This document shows positions 41,208 to 49,798 of a stretch of DNA of 64,000 nt, piece by piece. Under the pieces are notes generated by a model. That model was not told where the DNA came from and did not search any database. It saw only the letters and a program-made list of their open reading frames with translations. This DNA is from an uncultured delta proteobacterium. Its GTDB lineage: Bacteria; Myxococcota; Myxococcia; SLRQ01. The translations under genes were made by a program, and so were the position numbers. Every line of letters starts with the position of its first letter. The first letter of the stretch is position 1. Where the stretch lies: positions 1,056,001 to 1,120,000 of the forward strand of contig CAVSGM010000001.1 in NCBI GenBank assembly GCA_963727485.1, written 5' to 3'.

Positions 41208-41702
41208 ATGGCCGACGAGAAGCGCAAGGGCGGGTTCGACTCCGACAGGATGCGGGGTCAGCTCAACGAGATGTGGAAGAACGCCATGGACGGCCTCGAG
41301 GACCTCCGCGAGGTGGTGCTCAAGGCGTCCCAGAACGCCAAGGTCCGCCTCGACGCGACCTTCCTCCGGCGCGAGCGCGACCGCCTCTACCAGCAGCTCG
41401 GCGAGGAGACCTACGCCCTGGCCGAGACCGGGAAGCTCAAGGTCCCGGCGGAGCTGCGCGACACGGTGGACCGGATCCATGCCATCGTGGAGCAGGTCGC
41501 CGCCGCCGACCGGGAGGCCGAGGAGGCCGGCGAGGCGGAGGACGAGGCGCCGGCGCAGGCCGCCGCGTCTCGCCCCAACGGCGCCGCCGAGCCCGCCCAG
41601 GCCGCCCCCAAGAGGGCCGCCAAGGCCAAGAAGAAGACCCCCTCCACCAAGAAGAAGCCGGCCTCCAAGAAGAAGACCACCGGGGGCGACGACGACGCTT
41701 GA
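41208..41702 (+). CDS. Hypothetical helical protein with acidic then Lys-rich tail
   Basis: GGGAG RBS; helical core RERDRLYQQLGE; C-terminal AKAKKKTPSTKKKPASKKKT. Confidence 0.78.
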   Translation: MADEKRKGGFDSDRMRGQLNEMWKNAMDGLEDLREVVLKASQNAKVRLDATFLRRERDRLYQQLGEETYALAETGKLKVPAELRDTVDRIHAIVEQVAAADREAEEAGEAEDEAPAQAAASRPNGAAEPAQAAPKRAAKAKKKTPSTKKKPASKKKTTGGDDDA

Positions 41703-41728
41703 CGTCCGGGCCGCAAGGTCACTATATT
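41699..41728 (+). promoter_or_regulatory. Sigma-70 promoter of tRNA-Ala
   Basis: TTGACG-N18-TATATT followed by a GC-rich discriminator. Confidence 0.75.
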
Positions 41729-41772
41729 GCGCGGCCTCCCTGGGGAAGCCCGGGGAAAAGAAAAGGGAATAT

Positions 41773-41849
41773 GGGGATGTAGCTCAGTTGGGAGAGCGCG
41801 TGAATGGCATTCACGAGGTCGTCAGTTGGAATCCCGTCCATCTCCACCA
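41773..41849 (+). tRNA. tRNA-Ala(GGC) with aberrant T-arm
   Basis: GGGGATG/CATCTCC acceptor stem with G3:U70, anticodon arm CGTGA-ATGGCAT-TCACG, CCA end; the T-arm reads GTCAG-TTGGAATC-CCGTC (non-canonical). Confidence 0.85.
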
Positions 41850-41853
41850 CCCA

Positions 41854-41892
41854 CGAAGGGGCCGGCCTGAACGGGCCGGCCCCTTCGCCTTT
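41854..41892 (+). terminator. Intrinsic terminator after tRNA-Ala
   Basis: 14-bp perfect stem CGAAGGGGCCGGCC / GGCCGGCCCCTTCG followed by CCTTT. Confidence 0.8.
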
Positions 41893-41990
41893 CCGTCGTG
41901 GCTGTGGCGGCGGCCGTCGCGGGAAGAGGTGACCGGGTGGGGTTCCCGCCGGCCCTGGTCCTGGTAGATTCGTCAAGGGGAGTTGTCCGC

Positions 41991-42797
41991 ATGCTCGGAT
42001 GGACGCACACGCAGGGTGGAGCAGGGCAGAGTTGGCGGCTGGGCGTGGCGGCGACGTGCCTGGCCGCCCTGGCGGCGGGGTGCGGCGCCACGGCGCCCAG
42101 CGGCCCCGGCGACGGTGGGGCGGGCGGCGCTCCCGGCTGGCACCTCTTCTTCCCCTTGGACCAGCGGGACGGCCACGTGCTGACGACGGCGGAGTACTCC
42201 GGGGGCGCCGTTCCCCTGCGGTCGTGGACGCCCGGGCCTGGGGATCCCTGGCTGGCAGACCTGACGGATCGGACCCTTGTCGTCAAGGCCACCATGTCCG
42301 ACGGCCAGGCGGACCTCGACCTGGTGCTCGCCCGCTCCGGCGACACCGTCTCCCTGGATGGCAGCGCCACCGTCGGCGTCAGTCCCATGAGCCGCCAGAT
42401 CGTCTCGGGCTACGGCGGGTTGGCGGGGGCGACCTGGTGCTATCGCCCGAAGACGTCGGCGCGGTCGGTGCGGTTCACCGCGACCATGAACGTCAAGACC
42501 CTCACCGTCGCCGGGCAGGACGCCGAGGCCTTCGCCGAGATCGCCAACTGGGGCGACGGGGGAGGCTGCCGTGCGGAGAAGGTCGTTCACGTGGGGCGGG
42601 CGATGGATGACCCGGCGCCGTGCACGTCGGCCCAGGTCGACCTCTCCGTCTACGACGGCGAGGCGTGCCTCGACGGAGACAGCGTGGGCGCTCGCCTGGT
42701 CTGGGGCGGCCACGCGGGGAGCGTCGACAACCCGGCGCCCGACGACTCGGCGTCCATCGAGGTGGCCTTCACCGTCAAGGCGACGGCCCTGCCGTAG
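41991..42797 (+). CDS. Hypothetical lipoprotein, paralog A
   Basis: GGGAG RBS, lipobox AAGC; full-length similarity to 43395-44210. Confidence 0.78.
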   Translation: MLGWTHTQGGAGQSWRLGVAATCLAALAAGCGATAPSGPGDGGAGGAPGWHLFFPLDQRDGHVLTTAEYSGGAVPLRSWTPGPGDPWLADLTDRTLVVKATMSDGQADLDLVLARSGDTVSLDGSATVGVSPMSRQIVSGYGGLAGATWCYRPKTSARSVRFTATMNVKTLTVAGQDAEAFAEIANWGDGGGCRAEKVVHVGRAMDDPAPCTSAQVDLSVYDGEACLDGDSVGARLVWGGHAGSVDNPAPDDSASIEVAFTVKATALP

Positions 42798-42998
42798 GCG
42801 GCAGCGCCTCGGTGCAGGTGGTGGACACGGTCAGGGCGGCGCCGGGGTGGGGCGGGCGCCGGCGTCGAGGAGCTGGGCCGCGTGGTGAGCGTGCAGCGGC
42901 GTGACGCCCGACGCGTCCCAAGCACGGTACGCGCTCGACGACCCACGGCCTGCACGACGCGGTCGACCGTGCTCCGGCAGGTCGCGAAGTGAGTACCC

Positions 42999-43240
42999 CT
43001 CAACTCGCTGTACAGCGAGTTCGGAACCAAGGCGGGTCTGTTCAGCGCCGCAATCGAATACTACGAACAACACATCGTGCCCTTGTACATCGGCGCCCTC
43101 GAACAGCCTGACGCATCCTTCGGCACCATCCGCGATGTGCTCAACGCCTTCTCGGCCTCCGCCGACACCGATGACCTTGTCCCCGGGTGCCTCATCACCA
43201 ACACGGCCACCGAGCTCGCTCCGACACCGGACGCCAGTCA
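42999..43240 (+). pseudogene. TetR/AcrR-family regulator internal fragment
   Basis: Translates SLYSEFGTKAGLFSAAIEYY...GCLITNTATELAP; lacks the N-terminal helices and start; lower GC than flanks. Confidence 0.75.
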
Positions 43241-43394
43241 CCACGTACCGGTCGGTGTCGAGACGGCCCGACCCGAGAGCCCCCACCGGGAGTGCTCGCC
43301 GCGGGGAGCCCGACCGGGGTAAAGTCACCACTGGGGCAATCGACCATGCGTGGCACGCGGGAGGCCCCGTCACGCACGAACCGGGGGTTTCTCT

Positions 43395-44210
43395 ATGCGC
43401 GGCTGGCAGGTGGTCAGGGTGTGGGTCCGGGGTCTTTCGTACCTCTCGGCGGCTGCGGTCCTCGTCGCGTGCGCGCCGCCGTCCGGCGGGGGCGGCGGGA
43501 GCGATGGCGGGGCCGGCGGTGACGGGGGCACCACCGGCACGCCGGGCTGGCACCTGTCCCTGCCCCAGGACCAGGTGAGCGCCCCCCTCCTCGACATCTC
43601 CTTCCCCGGCGCCGCCGGCGGGCCTGCCGACCAGACGGCCCCGGCCGCCAACAATCCCTGGCGCCAGGGGGAGCTGACCGACAAGACCCTCGACGTCTCC
43701 GGGGACCAGGGCGACGGCCACGCCGAGGCCCACATGACCCTGGCCATCTCCGGGGACACGGTCACCGTCACCGGGAGCGCCAGCGGCAGCTCCGGGGGCA
43801 CCGTGGTGGGCTCGGCGTCCGCGGAGTTCAGCTACGTCAACTGGTGCTACCGGCCGGCCACGGCGGCGAGCGGCGTGCGGTTCGACGTGTCCATGAACAT
43901 CCAGACACTCACCGTCGGCGGTACGAACAGCTCCGCCCTCGCCCGGTTCTCCAACTGGGGGAGCACCAACACCTGCGAGGCCTTGAAGGGCATGAGCCTG
44001 GGCACCCCGGGGGACGTGCCGGCGAGCTGCACCACCGACACGGTGGACGTCACCATCTACCCGGGCGACGACGGCGAGGCGTGCCTCCACGGTGACGTCG
44101 ACGACCCGCAGGTGGCCTGGTCCGCCGTCGGCGGGGACGCCAGCGCTGCCGGCGGCGGCACCGCCTCGGTCCAGGTGGTGTACACGATCAAGGCGACGCC
44201 GATCCCCTAG
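43395..44210 (+). CDS. Hypothetical lipoprotein, paralog B
   Basis: Lipobox LVAC; shares PGWHL, SGDTV, WCYRP, TLTV.G, NWG, DGEACL.GD, T.KAT..P with paralog A. Confidence 0.8.
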   Translation: MRGWQVVRVWVRGLSYLSAAAVLVACAPPSGGGGGSDGGAGGDGGTTGTPGWHLSLPQDQVSAPLLDISFPGAAGGPADQTAPAANNPWRQGELTDKTLDVSGDQGDGHAEAHMTLAISGDTVTVTGSASGSSGGTVVGSASAEFSYVNWCYRPATAASGVRFDVSMNIQTLTVGGTNSSALARFSNWGSTNTCEALKGMSLGTPGDVPASCTTDTVDVTIYPGDDGEACLHGDVDDPQVAWSAVGGDASAAGGGTASVQVVYTIKATPIP

Positions 44211-44470
44211 GCAGGGGCGGCGAGACGTCACCGACGTGGTCTTCCACCTCGCGGGCGTCCGCCGGGCGGCCTCGCCGCGGGCGTCCGGGACGTCCTCGAG
44301 GTCCGCAGCGCGAGTAAGGTTCGCGATGCGGTCCCGGGGTACGTAGCTGAACAGGCCGTCGCGGCCGAGGACGAGGGGCCCCTCGAGGCCCGACCGGTCC
44401 TGGGCGGCCACCGGACAAGCCCTTGCGGTGAAGGATCCCCGACACCCGGCCGGCGGCCCACCGTCCCGGT

Positions 44471-44497
44471 GGAACCAAATCCCACGGCTGCGTGTAA
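44471..44497 (+). promoter_or_regulatory. Possible ECF-type autoregulatory promoter
   Basis: GGAACC -35-like element with CGTGTA about 14-16 bp downstream, just before the ECF gene. Confidence 0.4.
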
Positions 44498-44515
44498 CGT
44501 CACGTGCACCCGGCC

Positions 44516-45106
44516 ATGCCCGCTCCCGTGCCCAGCTTGACGCCGCGCCGCCCCGAGCTCGACGGGTCGACGCTCGCGCGTGCACAGGCGGGTGATCCAG
44601 CCGCGTGCACGGCGCTCGTCGAGCGCTATGAGCGGCCGGTCTTCGCGCTGCTGCACCGGATGGGTGCCGGCAAGATGCCGGCGGCGGCCGTCGAGGACCT
44701 CGCCCAGGAGACCTTCCTGCGCGTGTTTCGGGCGCTCGGGCGCTTCGATCCGTCGGGGCCGGCGCGGCTCTCCACCTGGAGCCTCTCCATCGCGACGCGT
44801 CTCTCGCTCGATGCGGCGCGCAGGGGACCGCCGGCCGCGGATCCGATCGAGGCACACGTCGATACGCTCGTGACGCCGCCGGACGCGGAGGAGACCCTTG
44901 AACGGCGGCGGCTCGGCGAGGCGCTCCGCGAGGCGGCGGCGCTCTCCCCGCAGCAGCGGGCGACGTTCCTGCTCTCGTGCGCGCACGGCCTCGACCAGAC
45001 GGAGATCGCGAGCGCGCTCGGGCTGCCGCTGGGCACCGTGAAGTCGCGGCTCTCCCGCGCGCGGGCAGCGATGGTGCGCGCACTCTCGGAGGTGCACGAT
45101 GGATGA
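44516..45106 (+). CDS. ECF RNA polymerase sigma factor
   Basis: EDLAQETFLRVF, LSTW, EIASALGLPLGTVKSRLSRAR. Confidence 0.92.
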   Translation: MPAPVPSLTPRRPELDGSTLARAQAGDPAACTALVERYERPVFALLHRMGAGKMPAAAVEDLAQETFLRVFRALGRFDPSGPARLSTWSLSIATRLSLDAARRGPPAADPIEAHVDTLVTPPDAEETLERRRLGEALREAAALSPQQRATFLLSCAHGLDQTEIASALGLPLGTVKSRLSRARAAMVRALSEVHDG

Positions 45107-46485
45107 CGAGAAGATCCGCGCCGCGCTCGATGCGTGGACCACGCCCGAGCCGCCGGGGGGCTTCGCCGATGGGGTCGAGCGGGCCCGGGAGAAGGCTGCC
45201 GTGGCCCGCGCGGCGCGGGAGATCGCCGTGGCGCATCGCCCTCGGTCTCGGGCTCGCGGCCGCGGTGGCGCTCATCGTCGTCCTCGGGCGGCATCAGCTG
45301 CGCGGCGGCGCGGCGCAGGGGGCCCTCGAGGCGAGCGCGCGCACCGAGCTGCCGCTCGGCACGCGTGGCATCGCCGTCGCCGAGGCCGGCGCGAGGCTGC
45401 GCTACCACGTCGACGCGAGCGGGAGCGCGAGGGTGCGGCAGGACGCGGGCGACGTGTTCTACCGGGTTCGGCACGGCGGCCCCTTCGTGGTGACGACGCC
45501 CGCAGGCACCGTGACCGTGCGCGGGACCTGCTTCTACGTGGAGATGAGGCCCATGGCGAACAAGCGACAGATGGTGGCGGCGGCCGCGGCCGGTGCGGTG
45601 ATCGGAAGCGCGGTGACCGTCGCGGTGATCGAGGGGCGGGTCTGGGCGGAGAGCGGTGGCGCCAAGGTGACGCTCCACGCGGGCGAGGCGGCGACGATGA
45701 CACGCGGCGCGGCGCCGAAGCGCGTTGCGGTCACGACGGTGCCCCGGACGGTGCCCACGACGGCGAGCGCGCTCGAGGCCAACGCCGACGCCGATGCACG
45801 GATGAGCGCCGACCAGCGGGCCTTCGAGGCCAAGGCCGAGGTGGCGAAGCTCACCGCGCAGGTCAAGACGCTCCAGGACCAGCTCCGCCAGGCGAAGCTC
45901 GGTTACTCGGCCGATGGGAAGAGGTGGTCTCCGGACCAGGAGAACTGGGTCGACCCGTCGCAGGCAGAGCTCGTCGATCGGGCAAAGGACTGCCAGCTCC
46001 TCGTGGACCTGCCGCCCGGCGTGATCGGAAAGCCCCGGCCACTGCCCGGAGCGATGGCAAGGGACCTCGGCATGAGCGAGCGCGAGGTCGACGCCTACGA
46101 TGCGCTCGCCCGGCGCTACAACGCCGCGACCCACGAGCGGATCGCCGCGATCTACGTGGCCGCCACGGGCGACACCAAGGGCGCCAAGACGATGTCGGTC
46201 GGTGCCATGGAGAGCGAGATCCGGGCGAAGGCTCCGAAGGGCATGCGCCTCGTGGCGCAGCAGGAGGTGAGCGCCGAGCTCGCCGGCCTCGCTCGGCCTC
46301 CCGCGGACCCGAGCACCGACCCCCCGCTCGTCAGGCTCGTCCGCTACCAGGCCGGGATTGGCGATCGCTTCGAGGCCGATCTGGGCAAGGTGATCGGTGC
46401 CGACCGCGCCCACGAGCTCCGGAAGAAGAACAACGGTTGGGGCATGAAGCTTGCGAACCAGGGCTGCCCCGGCGACGGGCAGTGA
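45099..46485 (+). CDS. FecR-like anti-sigma factor, with frameshift at ~45190-45225
   Basis: GGAGG RBS, MDDEK...W..PEPPGGFAD in one frame; TM helix and FecR-like GDVFYRV...FVVTTPAGTVTVRGTCF in the next; coupled to the ECF sigma. Confidence 0.75.
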
Positions 46486-46524
46486 TCCGAGCGGGGGCAA
46501 GCTGGACCATTGGGCCAGTACCCA

Positions 46525-46566
46525 ATCGTAGACTGGTGGGCTGCGACGCCTCGCCTGGTTCCAGCT
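46525..46566. repeat. Imperfect direct repeat, copy 1 (copy 2 at 47303-47344)
   Basis: ATCGTAGA-N5-GGGCTGCG(A/G)CGCCTCGCC(T/G)GGTTCCA(G/A)CT; 35 of 42 positions identical by hand alignment. Confidence 0.8.
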
Positions 46567-46614
46567 CTCGTCAGCGATTTGTTGGGCGGCAACCCTACCG
46601 CTCGCCGTCGGAAT

Positions 46615-47193
46615 TCAACTGCTGGCGTCCAGCGCCGCTTTGTAGAGGCTCTGCTTGGGCTGCGCCATGACCTTTCGAACCAACGGAGCGAACAAGTCAA
46701 GCGACAATTTTGGATGTGAATTATCAAATGCGAGGTTGTCGTACTTCGCTATGAAATGCGCCGTACGCTCATAGTGCTCTGAATCTTTGAATTGTTCCCG
46801 CATGTTGCGGTCCATGCCCAAATGATGGAAGAAGTTGTAACCTTGGAAGATCGCGTGATGCTTGATCATCCAGTGGTTGGCCTCCGAAATGAAGGGCTGC
46901 AAGATTGCTGCTGCCACGTCCGCATGGTTGAAGCTACCCAAGGTATCGCCGATGTCGTGCAGGAGAGCACAAACTACGTATTCGTCATCTTCGCCAGATT
47001 CTGCAGCCCGCTCAGCGGTCTGAAGGCAGTGCTGCAGCCTGTCAATGGGAAAGCCACCGTAATCGCCGCTGAGGAGCTGCATATGCGCCAGGATCCGATC
47101 TGGCAGACCGGACATGAACTGCTTCTGCTCCCCGATGATTATTTGCCAATCATCTTTGGTGCTTTCGGTGAAGGATTTGAAGTTTGTTTTCAT
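46615..47193 (-). CDS. HD-domain metalloprotein (phosphohydrolase or PhnZ-like oxygenase), foreign composition
   Basis: GAGGAG RBS; HCLQTA, ALLHDIGD, NH, HH, YD ligands; many A/T-ending codons unlike the host genes. Confidence 0.9.
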   Translation of the reverse strand: MKTNFKSFTESTKDDWQIIIGEQKQFMSGLPDRILAHMQLLSGDYGGFPIDRLQHCLQTAERAAESGEDDEYVVCALLHDIGDTLGSFNHADVAAAILQPFISEANHWMIKHHAIFQGYNFFHHLGMDRNMREQFKDSEHYERTAHFIAKYDNLAFDNSHPKLSLDLFAPLVRKVMAQPKQSLYKAALDASS

Positions 47194-47209
47194 CGGTTCT
47201 CCTCATCCA

Positions 47210-47882
47210 GGTGTAGGAAGCACAAACGCCCTTGCAGGCGAGGCCGGTTGACGGAGCGGTCCTTGCCGGACCTGCCCAGGGCCTCCCCAAGGCCTGCATC
47301 CTATCGTAGAACAGCGGGCTGCGGCGCCTCGCCGGGTTCCAACTGGTTCAACGCCCGAAAATCCCGGCATCGCAGTCGCAGCAGTACCCTTCGGGGAAAC
47401 GAAGGCCGCCAGCCGGCGTAGGAGGTCCATCGGATCAATGCGCAGCTGACTTCGGCCATCGCGCAAGGGCTGTCGCAAGCGATGGTAGACCTCGCCCCGC
47501 GAGTCCTCCTCGAGGCGGTGCTCGGCGAAGAGAGGACGCAGGCCGTAGCGCAGCATCCAAGGTAGCGGACGCGACGGGGCAGCGAGAGCACCCACTGCCG
47601 ATAGCCGGCAACGGGCAGAACCCGATCGACGAGGTGCGCGGCGATGTCGTACATCCGGCGGCCGTTGCAGCTCGGGCAGGAGCGGCCCTCGCAGGAGACG
47701 GGTAGGAGGCGCTCGTGGCCGCAATCAGCACAGCGCAGACCGGTGAAACCGTGGGCGAGGACGCCGCAGTCGAGGAAGGCTTCGAAGGCCTCGACGACGT
47801 GGCGGGGGAGCTCGGCACGGAGCTCGCGAAAGGTCGCCAGGTGCTCGCGCACCAGGCGATGGAGGAGAGACGAGGCAACCAA
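47210..47882 (-). mobile_element. IS91/ISCR-family element remnant (deleted, frameshifted transposase plus oriIS-like end)
   Basis: Zn-binding domain FLDCGVLAHGF..LRC.DCGHERLLPVSC.GRSCPSC, then RQWVLSLP, then in another frame DG...L..DPMDLLRRLAAFV; the HUH core is missing; terminal GCGTTTGTGCTTCCTACACC at 47229-47210. Confidence 0.85.
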
Positions 47883-48070
47883 GGGTCGCCGGGGGCCTCA
47901 CGGCGGGTGCCAGATCGGGTCGGGTCCTGTTTGCGGGGGCTTGCGCCGGATTTCCGGGGTCTGAGTCGTCCGGGGCGTGGACGGTCGTCCGAACGAGCCG
48001 CAGCCCAACGCCCCCGCGCGGGCGAAGCAGGGCGCTTGCCCCTCCGCCCTCCGTCGGCTACCAAGCGCCC

Positions 48071-49045
48071 ATGCGCACCCTGGTCACCGGCGCCACCGGC
48101 TTCGTCGGCCGAGCCCTCGCCCGCCGCCTCGTCGACGACGGCCACGTAGTCCGGGCCCTGGTCCGGGAGGGCGGCGATCCCACGGTGCTCCCCGAGGGCG
48201 TCGAGCTCGTCCAGGGGGACGTCACCGATCCGGTGAGCCTCGACGCCGCGGTGCAGGGCACCGACGTGGTCTTCCACCTCGCCGGGATCCGCCGGGCGGC
48301 GACCAAGCACGACTTCTTCCAGGTGAACGCCGAGGGCACCCGCCACCTCTGCGAGGCGGTGGCGAAGATGGAGACCCCCGCACGGGTGGTCTTCGCCGGG
48401 TCCCTGGCGGCGGTGGGCCCCGCCCGCGAGGGCCGGCCGGTCCACGAGGACGACCCGTTCCGGCCCTTCGAGTGGTACGGCGAGTCCAAGGCCGAGGCCG
48501 AGCGCATCCTCGCCGGCTACACCGGGCGCATCCCCTGGACCGTGGCCCGCCCCTGCCGGATCCTCGGGCCCGGGGACCAGGAGAACCTGGTGTTCTTCAA
48601 GCTGGTGGCAAAGGGCCTGCGGCTGGTGGTCGGGGGCCCCAGGCGGCCCATCTCCATGGTGGACGTCGTCGACGTGGTCGAGGCCCTCATGGACATGGCC
48701 GAGAGCGACGCGGCCCTGGGCGAGGCGTTCTTCATCGCCGCCGAGCCGCCCCTGTCGCTCGCCGAGCTCCAGGACATCGGCGCCGAGGCCCTGGGGATTC
48801 GCCTCAAGACCTTGTACCTGCCCCAGCCGGTGCTCTGGACCCTGGCCACCGCCGCCGACGGGGTGAGCCGGGTCAGCGGGCACCGCCTGCCCCTGAACCG
48901 CAAGCTCGCCCGGCAGCTCACCGCGCCCTCCTGGGCCTGCTCCATCGAGAAGGCCGGGCGCCTCCTGGGGTGGACCCCCAAGGTCCCGATTCGCGAGTCG
49001 GTGGCCGCCGCCGCCAGGTGGTACCGCGACGCCGGCCTCGTGTGA
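48071..49045 (+). CDS. NAD-dependent epimerase/dehydratase (extended SDR), first gene of elb-like operon
   Basis: [18 protein letters not shown]. Confidence 0.9.
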   Translation: MRTLVTGATGFVGRALARRLVDDGHVVRALVREGGDPTVLPEGVELVQGDVTDPVSLDAAVQGTDVVFHLAGIRRAATKHDFFQVNAEGTRHLCEAVAKMETPARVVFAGSLAAVGPAREGRPVHEDDPFRPFEWYGESKAEAERILAGYTGRIPWTVARPCRILGPGDQENLVFFKLVAKGLRLVVGGPRRPISMVDVVDVVEALMDMAESDAALGEAFFIAAEPPLSLAELQDIGAEALGIRLKTLYLPQPVLWTLATAADGVSRVSGHRLPLNRKLARQLTAPSWACSIEKAGRLLGWTPKVPIRESVAAAARWYRDAGLV

Positions 49046-49072
49046 TACCCCTTGGCGACCCCGAGACCGCCC

Positions 49073-49798
49073 ATGGCCCACCCGACCCGTGCCCACGCCG
49101 CCCACGCGGCTCCTGACGCCCCCCCGGTCGACGTCGCCTTCTTCGACGTCGACGGGACCCTGGTGCGCACCAACCTGGTGCACCTCTACGCCTACTACGC
49201 CTTCAACACCGGGTCGCTCGCCGACTCCTTCCGCCGCGCCGGGCGCCTCTTCGCCTCGATCCCCGCGTGGTGGGCGGTGGACAAGGTCAGCCGCCGGGCC
49301 TTCAACGAGGCCTTCTTCCGCTCCTACAAGGGGCTCTCCGAGGACCGCCTGGCGGTGCTCAGCGAGGAGCTCTTCGAGGAGGTCCTGGAGAAGGCGCTGA
49401 TCCCCGGGGCGGTGCGCCTGCTGAAGGCCTGCCAGCGTGCCGGCGCCCGGGTGGTGCTGGTCACCGGCGCCCTCGACTTCTCCATCGGCCCGCTCGCCCG
49501 CCACCTCGGCGTCGACGACGTCCTGGCCAACCGGATGGAGTTCGTCGCCGGCCGGGCCACCGGCCGGGTGGTGCCGCCGCTCGTCGAGGGCGCCAGCAAG
49601 GCCGAGGCCATGCGCGCCTTCTGCGAGCGCGAGGGCGTCCAGCTCTCCCGGTGCGCCGCCTACTCCGACTCCTTCTCCGACTACCCCATGCTCGCGGTGG
49701 TCGGTCACCCCACCGCGGTGAACCCCGACCTCCGGCTCCGGGCCCAGGCCAAGGGCTACCGCTGGCCGGTGGTGGACACCTCCGAGGAATCCCGATGA
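49073..49798 (+). CDS. HAD-IB (SerB-like) phosphatase
   Basis: [28 protein letters not shown]. Confidence 0.9.
   Translation: MAHPTRAHAAHAAPDAPPVDVAFFDVDGTLVRTNLVHLYAYYAFNTGSLADSFRRAGRLFASIPAWWAVDKVSRRAFNEAFFRSYKGLSEDRLAVLSEELFEEVLEKALIPGAVRLLKACQRAGARVVLVTGALDFSIGPLARHLGVDDVLANRMEFVAGRATGRVVPPLVEGASKAEAMRAFCEREGVQLSRCAAYSDSFSDYPMLAVVGHPTAVNPDLRLRAQAKGYRWPVVDTSEESR

Noticed and set aside
43351..43365. TGGCAC-N7-GC sigma-54-like site before lipoprotein paralog B
   Set aside because: The -12 element lacks TT (GAGGC); too weak in GC-rich DNA.
44228..44420. Minus-strand segment translating GLEGPLVLGRDGLFSYVPRDRIANLTRAADLEDVPD
   Set aside because: May be a gene relic, but it has no start, RBS or recognisable family.
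46490..46614. Complete attC site or integron
   Set aside because: Only the RYYYAAC half is visible; there is no matching GTTRRRY end and no integrase, so it is mentioned only as a possible remnant.
47880..48070. attR duplication of the tRNA-Ala 3' end closing the islet
   Set aside because: No copy of CATCTCCACCA or similar was found by eye.
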